Below, piece after piece: positions 12,646 through 36,688 of a stretch of DNA of 64,000 nucleotides. The translations under genes were made by a program, and so were the position numbers. Under the pieces are notes generated by a model, which was not told the origin of the DNA, did no database searches, and saw only the letters and a list, made by a program, of their open reading frames with translations. The stretch comes from Rhynchocyon petersi (Eukaryota). Position 1 is the stretch's first letter. Each line of letters starts with the position of its first letter. The stretch is from the NCBI GenBank assembly GCA_043290085.1, contig CM091795.1, positions 421,897,137 through 421,961,136 on the forward strand, given 5' to 3'.

Positions 12646-12777
12646 TATCCCTGATTAAAATATCCTTGGACTTGTGTAGTTCTGCCAACATTTATCATGT
12701 ACATGTGCTGGAGTAGGAGGAGTAGAAAACTCAGTATATGTTAGTTTTTTCTGGTGTTGTAGATGATGATGATGGGG

Positions 12778-12945
12778 GGGTACCATCGAGTCGTGATCGA
12801 CTCATAGTGACCCTCCCGAGGGTTTCCGGAGGCAGTATTTCGCACTGGAGTTGAAGCCACTCTTTCTCCCGCGGAGCAGCTGGAGGATACGAACCGCATT
12901 TCTTCGGATTGGCAGCGCAGCTCCTTTACCACTAGGCCACGCCAG
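12778..12945 (-). repeat. AfroSINE (-), near full length, preceded by (GAT)n/G-run
   Basis: The sequence reads ggtaccatcgagtcgtgatcgactcatagtgaccctcccgagggtttccggaggcagtatttcgcactggagttgaagccactctttctcccgcggagcagctggagg...ccactaggccacgcc. Confidence 0.85.
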
Positions 12946-13099
12946 GTGTAGATGGATTTCTAAAACAGTAATTTCAGAATTTAATTTTGGGACGGTTGCG
13001 AATAGGTGCCAGGGTCTGTCAAATGTTAACACTTCTGCCCCTTCCTTCTTGGTATGCCTTTACTTTCTTGTTTATTAAAGACAGTTGATTAGGTACAAC

Positions 13100-13830
13100 A
13101 CCTGCACGCTAGCATTTCTCGCCTTTACGCCTCAGCACTCCCAACAGTCCACAGCCAGCGAAACTTTCCGCACTATCTTATTGCCCGCCCCTTGAGTTGC
13201 TTAAGCCACACCCCTCAATTCTGGCGCTAAATTCGGGCCAATACGGTCGCGCAAAAAGGGTCACAGGAAGAAGGGAAGAAAGCCACCAGCCAATGGCGGG
13301 CTAGTTATAACCGCAAAGAGAGAGAAGACTTTGAGTGGCTGCTATGGACCAATGAGGAGTCAACTTCGCCCCAGCGCAGGGTGCGTGAAGAGTCCACGCA
13401 ATTTCCTTAAACACGTGACTGGTAGGCAGCAGCAGTCTAACCCCACCTTCTGGTCTGGAGGTAGCGCGATGGCCCATGCTTCCAATAGCTCGCAGACCCT
13501 CCAGTCACGTGCATTTTCTTGCCAGCCTAGCGGCATCCGGCAAGTCATGTGACAGTTGACGTTCGCGCGTCGCTGTCCAATCGGAAAAAGGAACTGCTTT
13601 CGCAGAACCGGGAATTGGTTTATCCCCACTAATAATAGCACGGCGGGGGCGGGGGTAGCCTATCACGTGCTGCGGGAGGGAATGGGGCGGGGTAGTCCAG
13701 TGGTTGCGGGGTGAGCTGGGCGCGCGGCGCGCAGGCGCCTTGGGTACCCGGTAGCGGCGGCGGCGGTGGCTGCGGCGACGGCAGTGGCTCCATCCCTGCC
13801 TGGAGTGGGAGCCGGAGGTGGCGGCCATGG
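13100..13830 (+). promoter_or_regulatory. PIP4P1: PIP4P1 CpG-island promoter with three CCAAT boxes (13290-13294, 13349-13353, 13577-13581) and GC boxes
   Basis: A CpG-rich block lies immediately 5' of the PIP4P1 ATG. The CCAAT pentamers are read directly from the sequence. There is no TATA box, as is typical of a housekeeping promoter. Confidence 0.6.
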
Positions 13831-16800
13831 CGGCAGATGGAGAGCGCTCCCCTCTGCTCTCCGAGCCCATCGATGGTGGCGCCGGTGGCAACGGTTTAGT
13901 CGGGCCGGGCGGGAGTGGGGCTGGGCCTGGGGGAGGCTTGACCCCCTCCGCACCACCGTACGGAGCCGGTAAACATGCCCCGCCTCAGGGTAAGCTCGGG
14001 CGGGTCCGAGGTATTCCCGGGGGTGCTGTGGTGGGCGGGGCGGAGGGCGGAGGCGGGACCCAAGTGTCAGGTGCGAGACAGCTGCACCTGTGCAGGGGTG
14101 GGACCTCTGTCTCTGCAAATGCCAGCGGAGCCCAGAAAGCAGAGGGAAATCCGGAACATGACAACTGTGCTAGCTTGGCCAGAAAGACTGAGGAACAGAA
14201 TGTGGTCCAATGGGGCGTCGGTAGGGTGTTTGCAAATGATTCGACCGTCCTTTTCCTCTATTTCCTCCTTAGCATTTCCCCCATTCCCAGAGGGACACCC
14301 AGCCGTGTTGCCTGGTGAAGACCCACCTCCCTACTCACCCCTCGCCAGCCCTGATAGTGGGAGTGCCCCCATGATCACTTGCCGAGTCTGCCAGTCTCTC
14401 ATAAACGTGGAAGGCAAGATGCATCAGCACGTTGTCAAATGTGGCGTCTGCAATGAAGCCACTGTGAGTTTTGCATGTTTTCAAAATGGGCCCAGTTTAA
14501 TGATCTTCATTCTGATCCCTTGATTCCAAATCCTGCCTTTTTAAGTTTTTCATGAAACCTAAGTTTCAGTTCAAGAATTTAACTCATTTCCCTAGAAACC
14601 ATTCACGGAAGTTCCTATTTACCAGTGCGTACTTTCAGGCCTAACTAAGATACTAAACATAGTTCTCTTTTGCATGTCTCACGATAATATCCCTTTCTTT
14701 CACTGCTTTCTCTTTGGTTAGGACCTTCTCTCCTCAAAAGGTGTTTTGAGAGGGAATTGGGAAGGATTGGATTTAGAGGTTCGCTTGTTAACATCTCAAC
14801 TATTTCTTAGCCGATCAAGAATGCACCTCCAGGGAAAAAATATGTTCGCTGTCCCTGTAACTGCCTCCTTATTTGCAAAGTGACTTCTCAGCGAATCGCC
14901 TGCCCTCGGCCCTATTGGTAAGAGGCACCAAGTGGGGAGAGGTGTAAGTCAGGATAACACACATGCTCATAGAGAATGTTAGAATATGAAGAGCCTGCTG
15001 TTTCTTTAGGAAGAGAAGCTAAAAGTCTTTTGAATTGACAAATGTTATGTTGTTAGGTTCCCTTGAGTTGACTATGACTCATAGCGACCCTCTAAACAGA
15101 TCAGAACCTTGCCATCCTGTGCCATCCTCACCATCTCTGATAAACTTGAGCCCACTGCTACATTGTGTCAGTACATCTTGTTGAGTGCCACAGTATTTTG
15201 CACTGATCCTACCATCTTAAATGTTTTGTTTTTGTGTTTTTTTAAGAGGGAGCAAATGGTACTTTTAAAGGATACTGGAGAGCCTTGGGGACTGGGTAGG
15301 TTATCTTGGAGTTTAAGAACTGGAGACATTTAAGCAGTGTTTAAGGTTGAGGGTTAAGGCCCCTTGAATGTGCAGAAAAGTGGAGAAACTTGGTAAGAGA
15401 AGCAGAGATAAGGGGCAGGATAGAGGAGCAAGTGTTAAGCAAGGACAGTGTGGGGATCCTTAGAATGAAAAGGTTTTAAACAGTCTTCTCCCCATTTTTA
15501 TCTCTACAGCAAAAGAATCATCAACCTGGGACCTGTGCATCCAGGGCCTCTGAGTCCAGAACCACAGCCTGTGGGTGTCAGGGTTATCTGTGGACATTGC
15601 AAGAATACTTTTCTGGTGAGGAGGGGCATCAGGGAGCTCAGGTGAAAAAACTAGGATTAATTCTGTTTACCTAAATAATGGAAGGATTGTGAAAGAGATG
15701 TCTTTTCTACCTTTCCCCTATCCCAGAGTTCTGAGGATGACCTTGCCTTTACCATTAATCCGGCTTCTCTTTTTTTTTCTCAATAGTGGACAGAGTTCAC
15801 AGACCGAACTTTGGCACGTTGCCCACACTGCAGGAAAGTGTAAGTCATTAGGGAGTTGGCATCATGGAGCTGATAACCCAGTAATATGTGGAGTAAAAGC
15901 TACAGGAATATCACAAGCAACCCTCCCTGTTTACCCTTCCCACAGGTCATCTATTGGGCGCAGATATCCACGAAAGAGATGTGTCTGCTGTTTCTTGCTT
16001 GGCTTGCTCTTGGCAGTCACTGCCACTGGCCTTGCTGTGAGTAACCTTGACTCAATTCTTTGTTCTTCCTGATTACCCCTCCTTCAGTCTTATCTGCATA
16101 GACTGGGTGATCTGGAAATGGCTACAATTAAAGAAAGTAGGAAGAAACTGAGAACTGTTTGCTTGCACAAGTTTTCTATAAGGTATAGATGAACTGACGT
16201 TGAAGATTGCTGATAAACCAATAGTCTTTATTGTTACTATAGAATAAAAGCCATTCTTTCTGCAAAGGAACATTGGAGAAATGGCTTATTGTAAGATTTT
16301 TCTATTGGGAAAACTCTCAAGGAGATGGATTGACATACTGACTGTAACATAGGGCTTTGAGCATGACTAGGACCGATTGGAGCAGCTGGCAGGGCCTAGT
16401 GGTAAGGAGCTGCGCTGCCACCACAAAGGCACGCAGTTTGAATCTGCCAGCTGCTCCAAGGGAGGAGTGATGTCAACTCCTGTGTGATATACTGCCTCTG
16501 GAAACCCTCAGGAGGGTCAGCTATGGTCATAAGTCAATGGTACCCATGTTCATCAGGGCACAGATTAGGAAGCTTTGCTGGCCTAGTGGTTAAGGAGTTA
16601 CTGCAACCTCAAAGGCTTGCAGTTCAAATCCACAAGCTGCTCCACAGGACAAAGAGTGGTGTCAATTTCCATGTGATTCAGTGCCTCTGAAAACCTGTTG
16701 GAGGGTCAGTTATGATTCAGTCACAACTCTTCTGTTACCTACCAACAACAACAGGGCACAGATTAGGGTAAAGTTCTGGTCTTTTCATGAGGTCACTGAG

Positions 16801-17196
16801 CCCTGGCTGACTTTGACACCTAACAATTTTAGACAGCTTGGCTTAGTTATGAGACTTGAAGGAAAAAAAAGGATAGATTTGTCTGAGATGGTTTAAGTTC
16901 CTACCAAAGGTAAGGGAACTGAACAGCTTGACCTTTAAAGGTGAATAGGAATGGGAACAGAAACTTGAGTTACATGTTATCATTAGTAGGGTTCATAAGA
17001 AGTGGCAGGTCAACACTAACCCCATTTTTCTTTTTTTCCTTCTTTCTTTCAGTTTGGCACATGGAAGCATGCACGGCGATATGGAGGTATCTATGCTGCC
17101 TGGGCATTTGTCATCCTCCTGGCTGTGCTGTGTTTGGGCCGGGCCCTGTATTGGGCCTGTATGAAGGTCAGCCACCCTGTCCAGAACTTCTCCTGA
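13827..17196 (+). CDS. PIP4P1: Phosphatidylinositol-4,5-bisphosphate 4-phosphatase 1 (TMEM55B), 277 aa, 7 coding exons: 13827-13968, 14273-14463, 14810-14916, 15510-15615, 15787-15839, 15946-16036, 17053-17196
   Basis: The spliced translation ([29 protein letters not shown]...[28 protein letters not shown]|[36 protein letters not shown]|[12 protein letters not shown]...|[18 protein letters not shown]|[30 protein letters not shown]|[47 protein letters not shown]) matches my recollection of human TMEM55B almost residue for residue. All introns are GT..AG, the phases are consistent, and the total is 834 nt. The six-frame track begins this ORF at a GTG at 13818. The true ATG is at 13827. Confidence 0.95.
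15045..15205 (-). mobile_element. RTE 3'-end fragment (-) in PIP4P1 intron 3
   Basis: The sequence reads gttgttaggttcccttgagttgactatgactcatagcgaccctctaaacagatcagaacc...ccatcctcaccatc. Confidence 0.6.
16378..16545 (+). repeat. AfroSINE (+) in PIP4P1 intron 6
   Basis: The sequence reads gagcagctggcagggcctagtggtaaggagctgcgctgccaccacaaaggcacgcagtttgaatctgccagctgctcc...gggtcagctatggtcataagtcaatggtaccc. Confidence 0.85.
16570..16751 (+). repeat. AfroSINE (+) flanked by a perfect 16-bp target-site duplication cagggcacagattagg (16554-16569 and 16752-16767)
   Basis: The SINE body runs gctttgctggcctagtggttaaggagttactgcaacctcaaaggcttgcagttcaaatccacaagctgctcc...ttctgttacctaccaacaacaa. Identical 16-mers directly abut both ends. 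Confidence 0.85.
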
Positions 17197-17874
17197 GCCC
17201 CACCATGATACACAGACTGTGCCTGGCCCTTCCCTGGTAGGGACAGTGACACTACAAAGGGAGCTGGAATAAGTGCTCCCTGGACTTCCATAAAGGAAGC
17301 CAAGCAGCTGCCTTCCTTTTTCCTGGGGAGAGATAGGAAGGAACCAGGCCCTCTCTTAGGTTTGGAGGGGTAGATTAAGACCATTGATGGCCATCTGCTC
17401 TCCTCCAAGGGTTGCTGTGTGTAAGGGTGAAATAGGTGCAATGTTGCCCCTAAACTTGGGTCCCAAAAGACGGTTCTAGCCTTGTCCTTCCTATATACTC
17501 CCTGAGAGCCATTCCTGTCCCTTACACATTCCAGGGCAGGGTTGGGGTGGGGTAGCCCTGGGGGGGTCTCCCTCCCTCTTGTGCACCATTAGGACCTTGC
17601 TGCTATTGCACTTCACCAGGGGCTGGCTCGGCCTCAGTACCCTCAAGTCTCCTCCCCACATTCCATGTCCTGTGGGGTGGGGTCAGCCGCTGCTCTGTAC
17701 AGAACCACAGGAACGGATGTATATATAATTATTTAATGTAGGGGTATGATCCCCTAGCCCTGGCTTCCCCTCAGTTCCTCCTTCCAACCTTCTTTACTCC
17801 AGTTGCAGTGTCTATCTGGGCTGGGTAGGGTTGCTTTGTCTCGGGGGATTAATAGGGGTTCATCTATGCTTGTA

Positions 17875-17880
17875 AATAAA
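17875..17880 (+). terminator. PIP4P1: PIP4P1 polyadenylation signal AATAAA (3'UTR about 680 nt)
   Basis: The first AATAAA after the stop codon at 17194-17196 is followed by a GT-rich stretch. Confidence 0.55.
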
Positions 17881-18001
17881 TGAAATCGTAACTGACTACT
17901 CTTTTCTATTTGTTAACTCTTATGTAAGAAAAGCTGGGAAGGGAGGAATTTGTAGTTCCAACAAGTTGACAAAACAGACAGCAAAACTGAAACTATGGCT
18001 T

Positions 18002-18007
18002 TTTATT
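18002..18007 (-). terminator. APEX1: APEX1 polyadenylation signal (AATAAA on minus strand; TTTATT on plus)
   Basis: It lies about 190 nt 3' of the APEX1 stop codon on the minus strand. The predicted cleavage site near 17980 is within roughly 100 bp of the PIP4P1 cleavage site on the opposite strand. Confidence 0.5.
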
Positions 18008-19454
18008 TTCACATGGACAATTCAGAGGAGAAGTCATTAAGTAGCTTTTGTTTAATGTAAAAACAAAACCACAAAATAAAAATCTTGGGCTTAAAAGATC
18101 AAGAGCACTAAAACTATTTGGTGGAATCATATTATTTTTAGAAGGCATATACAGTGTAGGTGTTTTCCACCAGGCTCAAAAGTGACTGGGGCAATGTCAC
18201 AGTGCTAGGAGTAGAGTGATTGGACAGTGGTCACTGCCCAAGGCCTTGGACCGAATCTTGCTGTCACACAATGCAGGTAACAAAGAGTGGGACAACAAAA
18301 AGTAATCAAGGCGCCAGCCAACATTCTTGGATCGTGCATTCATCATATAGGTCCAGAATGTATAAGCATAAGCTGTATCTGGGTAGAGGTGCCGGAAGCT
18401 GTCAGCCAGTGGCACAGCTTTCAGCAATTCCCCAAAACCCTGGCGCTCTTGTGGAGTAAAGCCAGCATTCTTTTTGTTTCCCTTGGGATTTCGAAGGTCA
18501 ATCTCTTCATGAGCCACATTGAGGTCCCCACATAGCACTAGAGGCTTACGTGAAGCCAAGTCCTTTAGGAATTTTCGAAAGGCTTCATCCCAGCGCTGCC
18601 GGTACTCCAGTCTCACCAGTCCCCGGCCTGCATTAGGTACGTAGGCTGTAACCAGCACAAATGCATCAAATTCAGCTATTATCACCCGGCCTTCCTGGTC
18701 ATGTTCTTCCTCACCTGTAGACAAGACCAACATTAAAATTAAAAAAGACAGACAGACATGACCACAGAGAACTAGAAAGAAAAAGTGGGGCAGGGGTGAG
18801 ATTAGCCATTGGTTTGGAAGAAGTCAGGCAGCAGTACTCAATAGAAAGGATCTCACCAATGCCGTAAGAGACTTTCAATGGGCACTGTCGGGAGAGTAGG
18901 CCCACGCCACTGTACCCTTCCTTGTCTGAAGGCGCTAACCAGTACTGATGAGATAGTCCAGGCAAGTCTTGAAGTTCAGCTGGTAGCTTCTTCTCTGAAC
19001 ATTTGGTTTCTTGGAGGCAAAGAATATCTGGGGCTTCTTCCTTCACCCACTGAGATGAAGAGTGGGAAAAATCTTAGCAACTCATTCATCTAACTTCTTC
19101 TAGGAGTCTGATAATGTAGTATTGTTTTATGCTATGAACCAGCAAGCAGGTCACTGGCTTGAATCTACCAGCTATTCAGCAGAAGAAAAATAAGTCATCT
19201 TCATTAAAGAGTTAAAGCTCCAGAATTCAATAGAGGATAATAATAGAGGGTTATAATTTAACCAGTCAGGATCAACTTTTTGACAGTAAGTTAGACTTAC
19301 ATTTAAGTAGGAATTTGGAGGTGAGTATTTGGCCATTAATAGTATTTAAATCATGCTGTTACGTGCCATTGCATCAGAACTGAATCAAGACTGCCTCTCC
19401 ACATGGTTTTAAGATGCTTTAAATTGCACTAGAGGTGACTGGCCATTTTTCTTT

Positions 19455-19515
19455 GAGTAGCTGGGGGATTCAAGCCAAGTACTGCTCTGGGTTGGCAGCA
19501 TAGCTCCTTACCAGA
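19455..19515 (-). repeat. AfroSINE head fragment (-)
   Basis: The sequence reads gagtagctgggggattcaagccaagtactgctctgggttggcagcatagctccttaccag. Confidence 0.55.
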
Positions 19516-20249
19516 GCTCTCAAATGAGATTATAACATGATTGAATGTTCTACTAATGAAAAAAATCAAGATGGAAAAGGGCCTTAAATGGTAAACCAAA
19601 ATTTTTTTCCACTAAAAAACAGAGAAATAGATAATTAAGACACGTGAATCATTGTATTGAAAAATACAATGGAGGTATGGTGAAGAAACTCCAGTAATAG
19701 AAAAGTTTTGCAATTCTTGTAAATAGCATTAGCAAAACAATTGAAATTAATACCATAGAGACACTAACCCATTGTACCTTTCTATAGGCAAGAGAAAAAA
19801 AAAAACCACTACATTTTACAGAGCAACGTGAGAAGTGATTCCGTATTAGAGAATGCTCTTTTCTCTCCTTAAAAGCCACTTACATCTAAACCTTTCTTCT
19901 TGATCCAGGCTCGAAGCCCATCCACATTCCAGGAGCATATCTTAAGTGTGGCAGATTTGCCAGTAGGGGAGGTTTTCTTATCAGGAGGATCTTCATACAG
20001 GACTGGTCCCTCAGCTGCTGCCTCTTTCTCGGTTTTCTTTGCTGCACTCTTACTTTTCTTGGCCTCTGGCTCTATAAAATGAACACCACACAGTGATAAA
20101 TGTTGATGTTTTCCACGCCTGGCCCGGAGTTACAGGTTCACCAAAAACCTGCAGTTACTGAGACTTCATCCCATAAACCTGCAAATACCAGTAGATCTGT
20201 ACTTCCTCTTCCTTCAGAGAGGCACTAGAAGGATGCCCCCCACTACCCA

Positions 20250-32558
<12,309 letters not shown>

Positions 32559-32688
32559 CAAAATCAAGAGGATTGGAGTAGGCCGTGCCCTTAGTGGAGC
32601 TCAAGGGCTTTAGTCTTTATCCTAATGTGGAAATCCTGGGAAAGTTCCAGATCACAGACTTTCCATTCAGACTCTAAGAAGGGTCAGC

Positions 32689-32694
32689 AATAAA
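32689..32694 (+). terminator. OSGEP: OSGEP polyadenylation signal AATAAA
   Basis: The motif (gggtcagcAATAAAgtatttctgg) lies about 130 nt after the TAA stop codon. Confidence 0.55.
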
Positions 32695-33759
32695 GTATTT
32701 CTGGCTTTGAATGTTGGTAACTGGCTTGGATTGTTCAGGACTAATATAGAATTGGCACTGTACTAATTCTTCTTGGTAGAGTGACTGGATAAGAAGGCAG
32801 GGGTCCCAGCAGAACCTTCAAAGGGTAGATTTGGAGGTTCCTCCTCAGGAGATGGGATTAAAGGGAGATCATACTTGTAGTCTAATACACTGGGGTGGTT
32901 TTGGGGGGGGTTGGTTTTGGGGTGTTTTGTGTTGTTTTTTTTTTAATTTGAGTGCAAGCCTGCAAGCCATACTGCTTTTCCATGCAATCGGTCATAGACC
33001 TTTAGTTTTATAACATTAATTACCATTGATTAATGTGGTTAACTTACTACAATGTCTAATCAACCCCTTAACATGCATTGTTTTTTTTCTCTATGATTCA
33101 CTTACTAGATCTGCTCCTCACTTTCTTGTTACCAGACACTTTACATTCCCAGTAATAGGGAAAATCTTTGTTTTATGCAAATAGTTGATAAAAGCTCAGG
33201 AAGAAGATAATTTGGGCTTGGAATACTGTAGGTAACGAAAGGTAAAAAGAATGTGAGTAGAAAGGAAGGAGTAATTCAGCTCACCTTCTCACTCTCCATG
33301 TTACATCCTTAACTCCTTTAATCGGGTTTCCTTCCCATGAATGTTCCTACCCTTCTTTCCTAAAACTAAAAATACCCTTTCCAATGCCAGAAGGATGAAT
33401 CTCATGACTAAATATCTGGTAGTAAGAAAGAGGGCATTTCTCATCTGGTGCATGGTGTTATCATGAGTCAGTTGATTGGACAGTAACCAAAATTCACAGA
33501 TGTTCCTCCATGACGTTTTCAAGCATTCATTCATTCAACAGGTTCTCACAGTGAGTCCTCCCTTCACCTTGAAGAGCTCACGTGTGGTATCTTCCAACAC
33601 AGCTCTGTTAACTTCATCTCTCTTCCAGGGAGGTCCCTTCAGCTCTTGGATCACAATAATGTTCACCACTATCTCCTTTCCCCTTTTTTTGACTGATGCT
33701 CTAAGTGGAAGCTATGTTTACGTACACACCGTCCCTGTTGGCAGTTTGGCCCTGCCTGG

Positions 33760-34560
33760 TTCTCACCACCGTCCCCTCATACTGAATGTGAATGACTTAA
33801 ATGCACCAACTAAGAGAAAAAGAGGAGCAGGATGGATAAAAGAAAACCCGTCAATATGCTGCCTACAAGACACACATCTAAGAATTGAGCCTAGTGGTGA
33901 AAGAGCTGCGCTGCAAGCCCAAAGGCATGAGGTTCAAACCTGCCAGCTGCTCCGCGGGAGAAAGAGTGGTTTCTACTTCCGTGTGAGATACTGCCTCCGG
34001 AAACCCTCAGGAGGGTCACTATGAGTCGTTCACGACTTGACGGTACACCACACACATAAATTAAAGGGTGAAAAGCAATATACCAAGCAAATGGCACCCA
34101 AAAGAAGCAAAGCAGGTGTGGCAATACTAAGATATGATAAAGTGGACTTCAGGGTGAAGACTAGTATGAGAGAGACAAGGAAGGACACTGCATATTGCTT
34201 AAAGGCACAATAGAAAAAGAGCACATAACCTTAATGTCTGTGCACCAAATGATAGACCTGCAAAATACATAAATTCTAATATACCTGAAGAGAGAAATAG
34301 ACACACCAGCACTATGGTAGTGGGAGGTTTCAACACACTGTTTTCAGTGAAAGACAGAGTAACTAGGAAGAAACTCAGTAAAGATGCAGAACTAAACAAT
34401 ACAATCAGCCAACTTGAGCTCATTGACATCTACAGAATACTTCACCCAGCAAGAACCCAATTTACATTCTTCTCAAATGCACATGGTACAGTCTTCAGAA
34501 TTCATACTAGGGCACAAAGCAGCCCTCCGTAAGTTCAAAACATTGAAATACAAAGTATTT
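33760..34560 (+). mobile_element. L1 (LINE-1) ORF2 5' fragment (+), interrupted by an AfroSINE at 33892-34048
   Basis: Plus-strand translation reads ...LILNVNDLNAPTKRKRGAGWIKENPSICCLQDTHLRI..., the L1 endonuclease N-terminus. L1 ORF2 continues after the SINE (...IKGEKQYTKQMAPKRSKAGVAILRYDKVDFRVK...). Confidence 0.75.
33892..34048 (+). repeat. AfroSINE (+) nested in L1
   Basis: The sequence reads ctagtggtgaaagagctgcgctgcaagcccaaaggcatgaggttcaaacctgccagctgctccgcgggagaaagagtggtttctacttccgtgtgagatactgcctccggaaaccctcaggagggtcactatgagtcgttcacgacttgacggtacacc. Confidence 0.85.
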
Positions 34561-34679
34561 TCTCATATGATTGTGTCATAAAACTAGAAACAGGTACCAA
34601 ACATAAAGGATGATAAGCCACCTGTATGGAAGTGAACACCTTGCTAGATCACTACTGGGTTATAGCTGTCAAATCAAAA

Positions 34680-35200
34680 GATGCATCACATTGGGAAAGG
34701 CTGCTGTTAGAGACCTCTCCAAGGTCCTGAAGAGTAATATGTCCATTTGAGGACAAAGGTGCACCTGATACACACCATGGTCTTCTCCATCACTAGCTAT
34801 GCATCTGAAAGTTGGACGGTGAGTAGGGATGACAGAAGAAGAATCGATGCCTTCAAGCTATGGTGTTGGAGAAGATTGCTCAATATCCCAGGGATGGCCA
34901 AAAGAACAAATATATCCTGGGTTCAACCAGAATGCTCTTTGGAGGCAAGGATGGTGAAGCTTTATCTCTCGTATTTTGGTCATGTTAGGAGAGGCCAGTT
35001 CCTGGAGAGGGACATTATGCTTGGGAAGGTAGAGGGTCAGAGAAAGAGGCAGACCCTCGACTAAATGGATAGACACAGTAACTGCAGTGATGGGCTCGAG
35101 TGTGTCAGGGATATTGAGGATGGTGCACGATAGGTCCAGTTTCAGATTTGCTGTTCATAGGATCACTATGCGTCATCCTGGACAGCACATAACAACAACT
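34680..35200 (+). mobile_element. RTE 3' fragment (+)
   Basis: The plus-strand ORF 34747-35064 reads ...MAKRTNISWVQPECSLEARMVKLYLSYFGHVRRGQFLERDIMLGKVEGQRKRQTLD. Confidence 0.75.
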
Positions 35201-35745
35201 ATTCACAATAGTAAGAAGATGGAAACAGCTTAAATGCCTGTCAACAAAAGAATGGATATAGAAACTCTGTACACAATAGGATACTATGCAGCAGTGAAAA
35301 ATGAAGTATTCACCAGACATTACACAACATGGGGAAGTCTAGAGGACATTATACTGAGTGTAATAACTCAGTCAAACAGGGACAAGTACTGTATCAGACT
35401 GGTGTGAAAATAAGGTAGGGTGCTAATACTGGGGAGAAACAGGAATGGGGAGAGCAGAAGTGGAATGTACAGACAATAACCACTGAGGTGGATGAGGAAA
35501 AAGGATAAACATAGGAACAAGGGACAAAAGGACAGTATATATTTCGATTGCCAACTGAGAATTGGATGAATTTGGCTGTTCATATGGAGAGGAGGGAGAG
35601 GTAGGGGTTTTAAAAGGAGAACAACAGAGATTGATGGGGGAATGGGTGAGGGAAAGGAATAGATAGGATGCAGTGGGAACTTGATGGGGATAAAATGCAT
35701 TGACCAGTTGTTAAATTGTTATTACAAATAAAAATTTTTTAAAAA
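35180..35745 (+). mobile_element. L1 3'-end fragment (+)
   Basis: The sequence carries ORF2 C-terminal motifs (...MPVNKRMDIETLYTIGYYAAVKNEVFTRHYTTWGSLEDIILSVITQSNRDKY...) and an A-rich end. Confidence 0.65.
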
Positions 35746-36194
35746 ACAAGACTCCCACTCAATACTGGCCAATGCCAGATCCAGAAGGATGATAATAAAC
35801 ACACCCACCACTTACCGCTCATTTTTCAGATCTGTGTTTATAACAGGTATAATCTATGCCCTTGAAAGGGTGGGATACAGAAGTGGGAGGGCACAGTGTC
35901 TGTTTTCATTGGTTGGTAAGATTTTGGAGTTCTTTAAAATTTAATTTTATTTGGAAAGTTTGGGTTCTTAAAAAATTTATTTGAAGGGAAGTTTCCAGTG
36001 AAATTGGTTTTTTGTTCACTCATTTATACAGCTTTGTCCCCACTTTCCTTACCCTTCCCTTCCCTCATGTGTATCCTGTTCCAATTTAGTTGCTTTACTC
36101 ATAATGCCTTATCATCCATTTGTTTCCGGAGAACCCTCCCTTCACTCTTCCAAAGCAGTGAGCCTTATCTATCTCCTCTGGATCTCCCCTAGAC

Positions 36195-36480
36195 CTCCCT
36201 GCCCTGTAATCTTATTTTTTAACAGTAGTCTTAATGCAGTATTTGTCCTTTTGTGATTGAGTTACTGTACTCAGCATATGTCTTGTAGACTCATCCATGT
36301 TGCATAGTGTTTCCCAAGTTTGTTGTCTTACTGCTGCATAATATTCCATTGTGTGAATGCACCACAGTTTATGCATCCATTCATTTGTCTTTGGGCAGGT
36401 CCATCTCTCTGCTATTGTGAATAATACTGTAACAAGTAGGGTATGCATTTTTTCTTGTTTTTAAACTGACTTCTTATCTA
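36195..36480 (-). mobile_element. L1 ORF2 C-terminal fragment (-)
   Basis: The minus-strand ORF 36212-36448 reads MHTLLVTVLFTIAERWTCPKTNEWMHKLWCIHTMEYYAAVRQQTWETLCNMDESTRHMLSTVTQSQKDKYCI. Confidence 0.75.
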
Positions 36481-36500
36481 GAATGGATAAGAACTACTCA

Positions 36501-36688
36501 GAGCAGCTGGCATGGCCTAGTGGTAAAAGAGCTGCGCTGCCAACTTAAAGGCACGCGGTTTGAATCCGCCAGCTGCTCTGCAGGAGAAAGAGTGGCTTCA
36601 GCTCCTGTGCGAGATAGTGCCTCCAGAAACCATCAGAAGGGTCACTATGAGTCGATCATGACTCGACAGTACCCCATCATCATCATCA
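36501..36688 (+). repeat. AfroSINE (+), near full length
   Basis: The sequence reads gagcagctggcatggcctagtggtaaaagagctgcgctgccaacttaaaggcacgcggtttgaatccgccagctgctctgc...ggtcactatgagtcgatcatgactcgacagtacccc followed by (ATC)n. Confidence 0.9.

Noticed and set aside
13360-14118. Minus-strand ORFs (93-151 aa) antisense to the PIP4P1 promoter and exon 1
   Set aside because: They are Arg/Pro-rich artefacts of GC-rich sequence. The plus strand here carries the well-supported PIP4P1 exon 1.
18220-18535. Plus-strand ORFs of 79-82 aa inside APEX1
   Set aside because: They are antisense to the APEX1 last exon. There is no homology signal.
36501-36688. tRNA genes: many loci carry tRNA-like A/B boxes (tggcctagtggtaa / ggttcRaatcc)
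   Set aside because: All of them are heads of AfroSINE retroposons with the characteristic RTE-like 3' tail. They cannot fold into a complete cloverleaf with an acceptor stem and CCA end. A tRNA scanner would flag them as SINE-derived pseudo-tRNAs.
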